DNA from: Squalus acanthias
Taxonomy: Eukaryota
Assembly (NCBI GenBank): GCA_030390025.1
Contig: CM059432.1
Location: 40,860,001-40,924,000, forward strand
Reading direction: 5' to 3'
Length of the DNA: 64,000 nt
The translations under genes were made by a program, and so were the position numbers. Below, piece after piece: positions 11,341-23,980 of this stretch. The notes beneath the pieces were generated by a model, which saw nothing but the letters and a program-made list of their open reading frames with translations, did not search any database and had not been told where the DNA came from. Each line of letters begins with the position of its first letter. Position 1 is the first letter of the stretch.

Positions 11341-14230
11341 AAACATAAGAAATAGGAGCAGGAGTAGGCTATTTGGCCCCTCGAGCCTGCTCCGCCATTT
11401 AATGAGATCATGGCTGATCTGATCTTGGGCTCAGCTCCATTTCCCTGCCCGCTCCCCATAACCCATCACTCCCTTATTGTTCAAAAATCTGTCTCTCTCC
11501 ACCTTAAATATATTCAATGACCCAGCCTCCACAGCTCTCTGGGGCAGAGAATGCCACAGATTTGCGACCCTCCGAGAGAAGAAATTCCTCCTCATCTCAG
11601 TTTTAAATGGGCGACCCCTTATTCTGAAACTATGCCCCCGAGTTCTAGATTCCCCCGAGGGGAAACATCTTCTCTGCATCTACCTTGTCGAGCCCCCTCA
11701 GTATCTTATATGTTTCAATAAGATCACCTCTCATTCTTCTAAACTCCAATGAGTATAGGCCCAACCTGCTCAACCTTTCTTCATAAGTAAATCCCTTCAT
11801 CTCAGGAATCAACCTCGTGAACCTTCTCTGAACTGCCTCCAATGCAAGTATATCCCTCCTTAAATAAGGAGACCAAAACTGTACGCAGAACTCCAAGTGT
11901 GGTCTCACCAATACCCTGTACAGTTGTAGCAGGACTTCCCTGCTTTTATACTCCAACCCCCTTGCAATAAAGGCCAACATTCCATTTGCCTTCCTGATTA
12001 CTTGCTGTGCCTGCATGCTAACTTTGTGTGTTTCATGCACAAGGACGTCCAGGTCACCTCTGTAATTTTGTAATCTCTCTCCATTTAAATAATAATTTGC
12101 TTTTTTATTTTTCTTACCAAAGTGGATAACCTCACACTTTCCCACATTATACTCCATCTGCCAAATGTTTGCCCATTCACTTAGCCTGTCTATATCCCAT
12201 TGCAGATTCTTTGTGTCCTCTTTACAACTTGCTTTCCCACCTATATTTGTATCATCAGCAAATTTGGCTACATTACACTCGGTCCCTTCATCCAAGTCAT
12301 TAATGTAGATTGTAAATAGTTGAGGCCCCAGCCCTGATCCCTGTGGCACCCCACTGGTTACCGTTTGCCAACCGGAAAATGACCCATTTATCCCGACTCT
12401 CTGTTTTCTGTTAGTTAGCCAATCCTCTATCCATGCTAATATATTACCCCCAACCCCGTGAGCTCTTATCTTGTGCAGTAACCTTTTATGTGGCACCTTA
12501 TCAAATGCCTTCTGGAAATCCAAATACACCACATCCACTGGTTCCCCTTTATCCACCCTGCTCGTTACATCCTCAAAGAACTCCAGCAAATTAGTCAAAC
12601 ATGATTTCCCTTTCATAAAACCATGCTGACTCTGCTTGACTGTATTATGATTTTCTATATGTCCTGCTACTGCTTCCTTGATAATGGACTCCAGCATTTT
12701 CCCAATGACAGATGTTAGGCTAACTAGTCTATAGTTTCCTGCTTTCTGTCTCCCTCCCTTCTTAAATAGGGGCGTTACATTTGCGGTTTTCCAATCCGTT
12801 GAGACCTCTCCAGAATCCAGGGAATTTTGGTATTTGCAACCAATGCATCCACTATCTCTGCAGCCACTTCTTTTAAGACCCTAAGATGCAGGCCATCAGG
12901 TCCAGGGGACTTGTCCACCTTTAGTCCCAGTATTTTACCAAGTACTTTTTCTTTAGTGATAGTGATTGTTTTAAGTTCCCCCCTCCCTATAGCCCCTTGA
13001 TTATGTATTATTGGGATGGTTTTAGTGTCTTCTCCTGTGAAGATTGATACAAAATATTTGTTCAAAGTCTCTGCCATTTCTCTGTTCCCCATTCTTAATT
13101 CCCCAGTCTCATCCTCTAGGGGACCAACATTTACTTTAGCTACTCTATTCCTTTTTATATACCTGTAGAAGCTCTTACTATCTATTTTTATATTTCTTGC
13201 TAGTTTACTCTCATAATCCATCTTCTCTCTCTTTATTCTTTTTTTTAGTCGTCCTTTGCTGGTTTTTAAAAATTTCACAATCCTCTGGCCTCCCACTAAT
13301 CTTGGCAACATTGTATGCCTTTGTTTTCAATTTGATACCATCCTTTACTTCCTTAGTTAGCCATGGATGGTTCTCCCTTCACTTAAAGTCTTTCCTTCTC
13401 TCTGGAATATATTTTTGTTGAGAGTTATGAAATATCTCCTTAAATGTCTGCCATTGCTTATCAACCGTTTTACCCTTTAATCTATTTTCCCAGTCCACTT
13501 TAGCCAACTCTGCCTTCATACCTTTGTAATTGCCTTTATTTAAGATCAGGACACTGGTTTGAGACCCAACTTTCTCACCCTCCAATTGAATTTGAAATTC
13601 AACCATGCTATGATCACTCTTTCCTAGAGGTTCCTTTACTATGAGATCATTTATTAATCCTGTCTCATTACACAGTACCAGATCTAAGATAGCCTACTCC
13701 CTGGTTGGTTCCACAATGTATTGTTCTAGGAAACCATCCCGGATACATTCTATGAACTCTTCCTCGAGACTACCTTGGCCAATTTGATTTGTCCAATCAA
13801 TATGAAGATTAAAATCGCCCATGATTATTGCTGTACCTTTCTTACAAGCCTCCATTATTTCTTGATTCATACTCTTTCCAACAGTGTAGCTACTGTTAGG
13901 GGCCCTATAGACTACGCCCACCAGTGACTTCTTTCCCTTATTATTTCTTATCTCCACCCAAACTGATTCTAAATCTTGCTCTCTGAGCCAATATCATTTC
14001 TCACTACTGCACTGATCTCATCCTTTATTAACAGAGCTACCCCACCTCCTTTTCCTTTCTGTCTATCCTTCCGAAACGTCAATTACATCTGAATATTCAG
14101 TTCCCAGTCTTGGTCACCTTGCAACCACGACTCTAATGGCTATCAGATCATACCCATTTATATCTATTTGTGCCGTCAACTCATTTCTCTTGTTACGAAT
14201 GCTGCGTGCATTCAGATAAAGAGCTTTTAA
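11341..14230 (-). mobile_element. CR1 LINE, 5'-truncated ORF2 (APE endonuclease + RT), relatively young
   Basis: 350-aa RT ORF 11645..12697 (YLDFQKAFDKVPH, GVPQGS, KFADD); APE pieces 13379-13957 (IIMGDFN); 3' UTR with tail. Confidence 0.95.
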
Positions 14231-15135
14231 GGAGCCCACCTCAAAAAGAAACCTCACACTTAGTCCAATTTACCATCCAAAAAGTAGATAGCTCCTGTTG
14301 GATCAAATCATTGTGTCATATGAATGGAAAGACACAGAAACATGTGCAGCTTTTTCATTCATTGCCTTCTTAATCTAAAACTACTGGAGGGAGCTTTATG
14401 GAGAACAAAGAGGTAGGGGAAGAAAAGGTAAAATGACCAAGTTAAAAATAGATAGAGGGAGGTGTCTCCTTGAATTCTGAGTACATTTTCGTTGTAAACT
14501 ATACCTTTCCCCCCTTCCCCTCGCCAGCTACCGTCCGGTACTTCCCCAAGTGGCCATTCTTCATGTACGAGTCTAGCAGGTTAGAGCACTGAGCCCAATT
14601 GTAGCAACCAACTATCACCTTGGCTGAGACCAGCTACATCAGCACTGATCAGCGATCATATCAGGGACCTTCTGGTAAATGCGACGCTTGCACATTGACT
14701 TTTCTTTGTCTGAAAGCACCTGTTTTTATTCAGCACTCTGCACTGTTGTCAGTTTTCTCAATCACACATTTATTTTTTCATGGATGTAGCTATTAATCTA
14801 AATAAGATTATTCAATAAATCATCATAACCTTAATGATTGTATTTGAACTTAACAGTAAGGGCATTTATTCTATTTTTAACACTGCTTTCATCAATTAAA
14901 AAAATGTTATGTCTAATTCCATGGATAGCCTATAATATCAATAATGTTTTCTGAAATACAGCCAACCGCAACCAAAGACAATAAAACCAGTACAAGCTAG
15001 ACCACTAACAACCTCAGATGACAGAACATGGTACCAAACCTTCTGAATCAGAGAACCAGGAATATAAAGAGTCATAAAGCTCCAGCACCTACCAGCGTGC
15101 AGCGTAGAGCACCATCAAGAGCCAAGCAAACTTAC

Positions 15136-15334
15136 ATGGTAACTTACATGGCGGTGGGGACAAGCCATTTCGATTTAAAATGCCACCCATTAATACAAAG
15201 TTCATTTCCTCAGCTGAACACTGGAATACTTCAACATATCTGTCCTTCATTGTTCTTTTATGACACTTCTGAGAAGTCAGGAATGCTCGTTCTGATGATT
15301 TCATCTGGATAAAGGCATCACCTGAAGGACGGCC
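15136..15334 (-). CDS. ESRP1: ESRP1 exon 12, RRM3 end and [10 protein letters not shown]; alternative donor ending at 15148 omits CKLP
   Basis: 199 nt (187 nt short form); two T|GTAAGT donors 12 nt apart. Confidence 0.96.
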
Positions 15335-16522
15335 CTAAAAGAGGTAATTGCGCATATGTTAATAAGTAAGCAGATATAGCAAGGTTTCTGTTACTGTACA
15401 AATACATTTGATTTATTTAGCATGTCACAGAAAGTCATCCCTTCTCTGGTGTGTTTTGTTAACACGTACCAGAAAACCTAAAGAAATTTGATAAACACAC
15501 ATATTCTTTGCCCAATTTCTGCTAGGCAGAAAATTAGAGTTTTTGTGGAAATTGTTCTTTTGGCCAATTTATTGTCAGCCTGCACTTTCTACCCAAGATT
15601 TATTTGGGTGGGAAATATTTTCCATTGTGCCTAAAACCCACCAATTAAGCCATTTTAAGGTTGTGTATGCATTTAAAGGCAGGCAAAATGCAATTTTCCA
15701 ACATATCTTCAGGTTTCCACTAGGTGTGGAATTAAAGACTTAATACCAGAATTCCTACTCTTGACGGATATCAAGTGACACCTGGTGGAATATGTGGAGG
15801 AAGAGTAGCCACTTGGGGCAAGATAACAGGCATGGCCTGTGGAACTGTAAAGCAGCAGGAGTCAGCATCAGACCACAATATTTAAATATTGATGAGGCTC
15901 CCACCTGCCTGCAGTGGACACCTTCCCCATGACTGGAATCGGCAGGTTTAAAATGGCGGTATGCTCAAACATGTTGGAACGCTGTGTGAAATGCCTGGAT
16001 GCCATTTTAACCACCTGCCCGCCTTATTCCCGCCAGGCAAGCAGGGTTAAAATTGGACCTTGTGTCTGGGGGCAGCTTGGGCTGAAATACCACCTGTGAT
16101 CAAGTAGCCTGCTGACACATACTTCTGCTAAACTTTTACTGCAAAGGCTCCCATTGAGAAATTGATGGAATACTCCTTCAAATTATCCAGTAATGTTACC
16201 ACTAATTAAGAAATATAGGCAATAAATTACAATTGTCGATATTATAAATGTGTTAAACATGCATATAATATTAGATACCTCTATTTAGAATTTAAATGGC
16301 GTTTTAAGTCTATTTACTTTTCAAGCCGGGAAGTTATCATTCGAGATATTAGCATAAGAATGTTGAAATGTTGTATGATGATTCTCTGTCCACTATCTTA
16401 ATGTAGGCATTAAGCAGTTTTAAATAAATGAGTTAACTTTATGTATCACATTTAATGCTTGATGCTACTGACATTCTGAACCTGATTTGAGATTTTTGAG
16501 AAAATATGATTTACTTTCTCAC

Positions 16523-16741
16523 CTGCTGATTTAACACCATATGCACTCCATGAGGTCGGATATCACAAGTAAATTCTCCCAGGAACTCTAGAATGTCCTC
16601 AATGGTGGCAGCATAGGGTAGGCCTCGCAAACGGATGCAGTCTCGCATATTAGTAGAAGGCACAAATGGCTGAGGTAGTAAAGGAATGATGGGAGCGGGG
16701 GCTATAGGAATGAGGGGAGTGGATGTGTACCTGTTAAGAAC
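16523..16741 (-). CDS. ESRP1: ESRP1 exon 11, linker and start of RRM3 ([12 protein letters not shown]...[17 protein letters not shown]...VHMVLNQQ)
   Basis: 219 nt, CAG acceptor, CAG|GTGAGA donor. Confidence 0.97.
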
Positions 16742-17719
16742 CTGTACAGAATTCAAACATCAAAAAAGGACATTTTAAGTTTCTGTGGGGAAAAAAACAT
16801 TCCTTAACCTAAGAAAATTGCCTTCAATTTCAAATTTCTGAAATTAGTGCCAGCAACTTAATATCCTGAGTTAAGCCTTTCTCTTTAAATTAAGTTTTAC
16901 TAACCTGCACAAATAAATGCACCGTTTTCATTATGCCTCCTATTAAACAAATGTGTTAAGTAATAATAAATGCATGTTTGCACTGTATTGTTAAACTAAA
17001 GATAAGCTATGTGATTGAATTACAAATAAGTACATAGAATTTACAGCACAGAAACAGGCCATCCAGCCTAACTGGTCTATGCTGGTGTTTAAGCTCTATA
17101 CAAGCCTCTTCATCTATCAGCATATCCTTCTATACCTTTCATGTGCTTATCTAGTTTCCCCTTAAATGCATCTATGCTATTTACTTCAACTGCTCCCTGT
17201 GGTAGCAAGTTCCACATTCTTACCACTCTTTGGGTAAAGAAGTTTTTTCTGAATTACCTATTGGATTTATCTCATATTTATGGCCTCTAGTTTTGGTTAT
17301 GTTCACCAATATTTCTCATTTTCAGTACATACATTGTCTATGCTGCTATTTGGTTGTACTATGAAGACTTTTATAATTCAGTTCCAAATCATTAACAATT
17401 TTTAACTCAAATATTATACATGATTCTGGTTAATACACTAAATTCCTGTAACAGACTCTCATCATATGACTCTGCACCTTCTTATTTAATTTGGTTAAGT
17501 AAACATGCTCCTTCCTGTGTTACAATGGACTACACTGCACTACCATGGAGAATTAAACTTACAGGACAAGAAACAAGCAGACCAGCTGCAATTTTATATA
17601 TAAAAAAGGAAATATTACATATAATAATCTAAAAATACAAACATGGGAGTTTGTTCAAAGGCCTTACACCATGAAAGTAGTCCCACGACTAGTCTCATAA
17701 AATGTTTTGCAAGGATACA

Positions 17720-18045
17720 AGATATCTCAGCACTGGCAGGAGGGTCGGTAACCAGAGGACACAGATTGAAGATAATTGGCAAAAGAACCAGAGGGGAGAT
17801 GAGGAGATTTTTTTTAAAAACGCAGCAAGTTATTATGATCTGGAATTCACTGCCTGAAAGGGTGGTGGAAGCAGATTCAATAATAACTTTTCAAAGGGAA
17901 TTGAAGATATACTTGAAAAGGAAAAATTTGCAGGGCTAAGGGGAAAGAGCAGGGGAGTGGGAATAATTGGATAGCTCTTTCAAAGAGTCGGTACAGGCAT
18001 GCTGGGACGAATGACCTCTTTCTGCGCTATATGATTCTATTATAG
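17720..18045 (+). mobile_element. CR1 3' end fragment
   Basis: TRGHRLKIIGKR…WNSLPERVVEA; TGATTCTA tail. Confidence 0.8.
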
Positions 18046-18479
18046 GCAGAAATCATGGACTTGGCACTCACAATGAGATGTGCTCCCTGCAAGAACCACT
18101 ATCCACTGGGAGTCCCAGATTATGGACTCACCCCTAGATTGTCCTATAATGAGTTTGATCCCAGCAGGTTTCTACGACTGTGGTCCTATCAATAGATACT
18201 GTTGAAGCAATGTGATCATCCAATGCAAACAAATAAACAGAAAGAGATAAACACCAGCATGGTGATTTAATCCAGGGAGTTTTGATAATTTGCTTACTCC
18301 GAAAGCCTTTCTGGATACAAGCCTTTCTAAATACAAACATTATATCAGTGGCCTCCTCCATGGCTCTCTAGACTGTAATGACAAGAAGCAGTGGATTATA
18401 TCAGAGGTATACGTAGAGGAGGGGAGATTTTTGTATACATTTCATGTATAATGTGAAATAGCTTAACCAGATATAATTG

Positions 18480-18800
18480 ATAGTGGAAATTTCCACGTCC
18501 ATACACTAGAGCCGGGCATTGTGGCGGGGGGGGGGTGGGGAGAGGGGGGAAAGAGTTGGACATCATGGTCGGGGCGGGGGGGCGGTGGAGAGAGGGGGGG
18601 CTGGCTGTTGTCTGACATTGCGGGGGTCCGATCGCGAAGGAGGTAACCTGGGTGGGTAGGGGGTGGGGGAAGCACTCCTGCTCCTCCTGGCTCACAAGCA
18701 GTGCTGTAAAGACACTTACTTGATGGATTGGGTTGGGGTCGGATTTCTCTCTCTCTATTTTTAACACCCTACTTGCCCTGGAGGGCTAAAATTACCCTCA
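18480..18800. mobile_element. GC-rich DNA-transposon/MITE relic
   Basis: abrupt GC/CpG-rich island with G-runs ending TAAAATTACCC; similar character to relics near 15890-16060 and 19740-20040. Confidence 0.35.
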
Positions 18801-20607
18801 AAGTATCTAAGCTCCCTGCATGAAGACTGGTTTTTATCCATTACTGTTCATTTATAGCAAGAGACAAGGTTATATTATTACTGAATCCACTGGCAAGATC
18901 TTTGAAGAGTATCTTAATCAACGCAGCATGGTGTTATAAAGTTATAGCTCAGATAAGAGTGTTGTTATCAAATAATTGTCATTTGAATTAGCACTGTAAA
19001 AAGCTCAACAAATAGTATTTAACTGATAGAAATGTTGTCTCAACTCCTATAAATCCTTGGTCACAGAATGAAATGCAACTGATTTACGTTAGTTATATAT
19101 TATATTCTAATTTTATTACAGCAGGATGCAGTACTGCACTGTAATGTCCTCTGTATATTATGGAATTGTAATATGCCTGAGTTCCCTTGTAGCTACATTT
19201 TCCCCTATATTAACTTATGTTCCTATGTAAGACGACAAAGTAGGTAATGTTGTCACTCGGCTTATTTAGTCTTCTGTTACTAATACACTATAGGAAGTAT
19301 CATACTTAAGTTAATATGATTCTTGTAATTCATCACCTCAAATTGCTCTCATCACTACCAGTGACAGTATAGTCTGATCGTGATAATTCAACGTTGTTTT
19401 TTTGCAACAGTGCCCAGCAGTAAAACCAGTAAGTCCTGGACAAACTTAGACAATTGATGGCTCTGCCCATCATCATCCTTTACTGAAAACTGAGTAACAA
19501 CCATAATATGTTCTGCAAAAGAAGTTCTCAGTTTTCTTTCTTTCGTATGGAAAGAGAACCCAATATTAATTTGAACTGAAACTGTATTGAAACCAGCCAA
19601 AGCTTACATTTTTGGTGCCCAACTACCTACCCATTTCTCCCTTCTTCTCTTCATACTTTTGTAAGATTCCATGGGCAATGTCAGCTCTCTGGTACTTTAA
19701 CTAAATGGCCATTCTTCATGTATAAGTTTGGACAGCAAGACCAAGAAATTGGATCCCGCAGCACCCGCTGAAGGATCCAACATGACGAGTGGCATGCTCG
19801 CGCTCATTCCGCGCCAGGTATTCGCTTGAAACAGGCCCATTGCCTATGCAGATCGGGGAGCCTAACGCCTATTTCAGGTCCATTCTCCAAATTGCTTGGC
19901 ATCTGACCATACTGCGGTCAGTTTTCTCAGGCAGAGCAGCCAAACCAGCGGTCTTTAAAGAAGTCGCTGGTGGCTGCCACCAAAAAGATAAGTAAAAAAC
20001 TTACCTGAATGTGGAGCCAGAAGGAGCCTTAGGTTTTCCCAATTGCATTGCTGACAGTAACCAGTTCATTTTAAGTGGGTTACCATCAGTGTTACGAACA
20101 GACAAACTAAGCCAGTGTGGTATGGTATTTCTGTTAACTTTGGAACTGGCCAGATGGACCACAACAACTTTCCCAATCCTTTATAGTCCTATATTCCTGA
20201 CACTATACACCATTAGTTAAAACACATGTACGCTTTTGTGTCTAGGTATGGCCAACACAGTTACAAAAATATATGAAAACAATAGAAATGACTTTTTCCC
20301 CATTTATATATCCTAATGAAACCAGGAATGCAGTAAAAGAACAAACATTCAAAGGCAAGTGATTTCAAAGAAATAATCGAAGTAGAGCATGCAGCTTCTC
20401 CCAGGTATCCTCCTCCACTTCACTACCCTGTGGTGGTCCAATGAACAACTGAAAAAAGTGAGTGCCCGTGTGAAGCAGGCCTGAGGATCAAACTCACAAC
20501 CTTTCTTGATGGGAATCAACTACCTGAGATGTGGCCCACATTTAAATATGAAGAGTATTGGTTATGAAAAGGTGAAGATTAAAAGAGATGCTGTTGCAGC
20601 ATTTTCA

Positions 20608-20985
<378 letters not shown>

Positions 20986-21983
20986 TTACAATGTGAGTTT
21001 AAGGCATAATAATGGAGAAAAGCAACAATAAACCAGCATCCAAATAAAACACAACATCTGAAGGTCTAATTATAAGTGGCTACAGGGTCAAAAATTAGTT
21101 GAACGAATTACTTGAGCCATAGAATCTGAACTGGATAGTGATACTTTGGTGGCTGCCTGCAGTTAGTGTGGGATGTATTTTAGACATGCCAAATGAGGCA
21201 TCATGTACAGGAAATTCATACTGTGCATAGCAACCCATTTGATAACATATCATACAGGTACAAAGATGGGTGCTTTTGGTTATCAAGCAGTTAAATAAAA
21301 CTTTAAATCACTTCATTTTGAGTCACGTGGCCTGCAGGCCACTTTATTTCATCCATGTCAGTATGTCTAATTACTTGGAAGTTACCACTTAGCTTTGTTA
21401 CGTTCTCCAAAACTACTTTCTCTCGGAGAATTTTCTTTTTGTACAATAAAAAATACAAAAGGTTTATTTTTAGCTACTAAAATTTTGCTTTTTAATTTTA
21501 TATTATCTGGATTACAACTGGCCTCAGCTTCCCCTAGTTAGGGAGCAGAATAATTAGCCAGGGTTCTTGTTCCTGGTCACTATCCTGTGACCACTCGCAC
21601 ACACTAATACACACAAATGATCACGCTTGTGTGTACCCCAGTCAGCCTCTTCGGGAGAGGAGGGAAACATGGAGAAGGAAAAAAGAAAAAATATCACTGG
21701 GTAGTTTATCAAAACCAAACCACTGATTGGCTGGCTGCCAGTTAAATCCTAAAATTTGTTTGTTTTTATTTTGTGGCTCATTGAATCCAAAGAACCCAAT
21801 TGAAATTCAAACCAGAACTGCCCATTCAGATTCCATTACAGTACTTATTATTGTTTCAGACTTCATTTGACTCCTCTCTCCACCCACTGTTAAATTTCTG
21901 CAATCAGATATTGTACCTATGCATTGGCTCATCTTTATTTATGCAAGATGTCAACTTTTCCCTCCATGCTATAGCTTAGCTTG

Positions 21984-22106
21984 ACCTGACGAAGGAGCAG
22001 CAGCTCCGAAAGCTTGTGATTTCAAATAAAACTGTTGGACTATAACCTGGTGTTGTGCGACTTCTCACTTTTGTCCACCCCAGTCCAACACCGGCATCTC
22101 CGCATC
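21984..22106 (+). mobile_element. 123-bp hammerhead-containing Penelope-type mini-element with 13-bp TSD
   Basis: perfect TSD ATAGCTTAGCTTG at 21971-21983 and 22107-22119; core CTGACGA-A-GGAGC/AGCA/GCTCC-GAAAGCTT; AATAAA 22025-22030. Confidence 0.8.
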
Positions 22107-22214
22107 ATAGCTTAGCTTGTTCAGTTTGGGTAATAAAATGTGCATTTCTATTTTATTGGATTGCAAAGTAATGTCAAAATAGCTGAAATGTATGCTTCAA
22201 TATAGTTCCTTTAC

Positions 22215-22257
22215 CTCCTGCAATTTTTAGAAAATCTTCCCCTGTTGCCTTGTATAC
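22215..22257 (-). CDS. ESRP1: ESRP1 exon 9 (VYKATGEDFLKIAG)
   Basis: 43 nt, T-rich tract + CAG acceptor, G|GTAAAG donor. Confidence 0.95.
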
Positions 22258-22292
22258 CTGTAAAAAAAAAGTTAACAATGAGAATTTTGATC

Positions 22293-22415
22293 AAATTGGC
22301 TGCTGCATTTCCTACATTACAACAGTGGCTATATTTCAAAAGTACTTCACAGGCTGTAAAGCTCTTTGGGTCATTGAGATTGTAAAAGGTGCTATATAAA
22401 TGCAAGTCTTTCTGT
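22293..22415 (+). mobile_element. Deu-SINE 3' fragment
   Basis: CAAATTGGCTGCTGCATTTCCTACATTACAACAGTG…ATAAATGCAAGTCTTT; matches the reverse complement of 4800-4920. Confidence 0.7.
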
Positions 22416-22582
22416 TTTTTCTTTTATTGGTCCATAAAGATTTTTATCAATGTTCAATATTAAAGTGCAAATTAACTTATCATATGCAGTGCACTCTACT
22501 TCGCTGCATTCAAAAATGTATTAAATGCAAAATAGCAGAACGTATAAGTCCATTCTATGTGTTGATCACTGTGTGAAGATAT

Positions 22583-23008
22583 CTCGCACCAAGTCCCGTT
22601 CACCCATCACCCCTGTGCTCGCTGACCTACATGGTCTCCCAGTTAAACAATGCCTCGATTTTAAAATTCTCATGCTTGTTTTCAAATGCCTCTATGGCCT
22701 CATCCCTTCCTATCTCTGTAATCTCCTCCAGCCCTACAACCCTTCAAGATATCTCCTCCTTTTGGCCTCTTGCGCATCCCCGATTTTAATTGATCCACCA
22801 TTGGTGGCCATGCCTTCAGCTGTCGAGCCCCTAAGCTCTAGAATTCCCTCCCTAAACCTCTCCGCCTCTCTACCCTCCTTAAGACGCTCCTTAAAGCCTA
22901 CCTCTGACCATGCTTTTGGTCACCTGACCTAATATCTCATGTGGCTCGGTGTCAAGCACCTTGGGCCATTCTACTACATTAAAGATGCTATATAAATGCA
23001 AGTTGTTG
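22583..23008 (+). mobile_element. L2-type LINE 3' end
   Basis: RTKSRSPITPVLADLHGLPVKQCLDFKILMLVFK; shared tail. Confidence 0.8.
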
Positions 23009-23094
23009 ATATTTCTATGATTCTGTTTAGCTGTTGTAGCTTGTTAGATTGGTCATTTTTTACATAGAATTACATAGAACATAAAGCCAACATA

Positions 23095-23980
23095 CAGTAT
23101 TCAGTTCCATTCGCAACTCCTCAGATAATGAAGCAGTCTGTGCCCGCATGCAGCAAGACCTGGACAACATTCAGGCTTGGGCTGATAAGTGGCAAGTAAC
23201 ATTCGCGTCACACAAATGCCGGGCAATGACCATCTCCAACAAGAGTAAGTCTAAACGCCTCCTTTTGACATTCAATGGCATTTCCAACATCGAATCCCTC
23301 ACCATCAACATCCTGGAGGTTACCATTGACCAGAATCTTAATTGGACCAACCACATAAATACTGTGGCTACAAGAGCAGGTCAGAAGCTGGGCATTCTGT
23401 GTTGAGTGACTCACCTCCTGACTCACCAAAGCCTTTCCACCATCCACAAGGCACAAGTAAGGAGTGTGATGGAATACTCTCCACTTGCCTGGATGAGTAC
23501 AGCTCCAACAACACTCAAGAAGCACGACACCATCCAGGACAAAGCAGCCCGCTTGATTGGCACCCCATCCACCACCTTAAACATCACACCCTCCACCACT
23601 GGCGCAATGTGGCTGCAGTGTGTTCCATCCACAAGATGCACTGCAGCAACTCACCAAGGCTTCTTTGACAGCACCTCCCAAACCCGCGACCTCTACCACC
23701 TAGAAGGACAAGGGCAGCAGGTGCATGGGAACACCATCACCTGCAAGTTCCCCTCCAAGTTACACACCATCCTGACTTGGAAATATATTGCTGTTCCGTC
23801 ATCATTGCTGGGTCAAAATCCTGGAACTCCCTCCCTAACAGCACTGTGGGAGATCCTTCACTTCACGGACTGCAGCAGTTCAAGAAGGGGGCTCACCACC
23901 ACCTTCTCAAGGGCAATTAGGGATGGGCAATAAATGCTGGCCTTGCCAGCGACACCCACATCCCATGAATGAATAAAAGA
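23095..23980 (+). mobile_element. CR1/L2-group LINE (family B) 3' fragment
   Basis: QQDLDNIQAWADKWQVTF…, QVRSVMEYSPLAWM; tail GGGCAATAAATGCTGGCCTTGCCAGCGAC. Confidence 0.85.

Noticed and set aside
11645..12697. 350-aa RT ORF as a domesticated gene or novel RT system
   Set aside because: Ordinary CR1 ORF2 fragment with frameshifts on both sides and a CR1 3' UTR.
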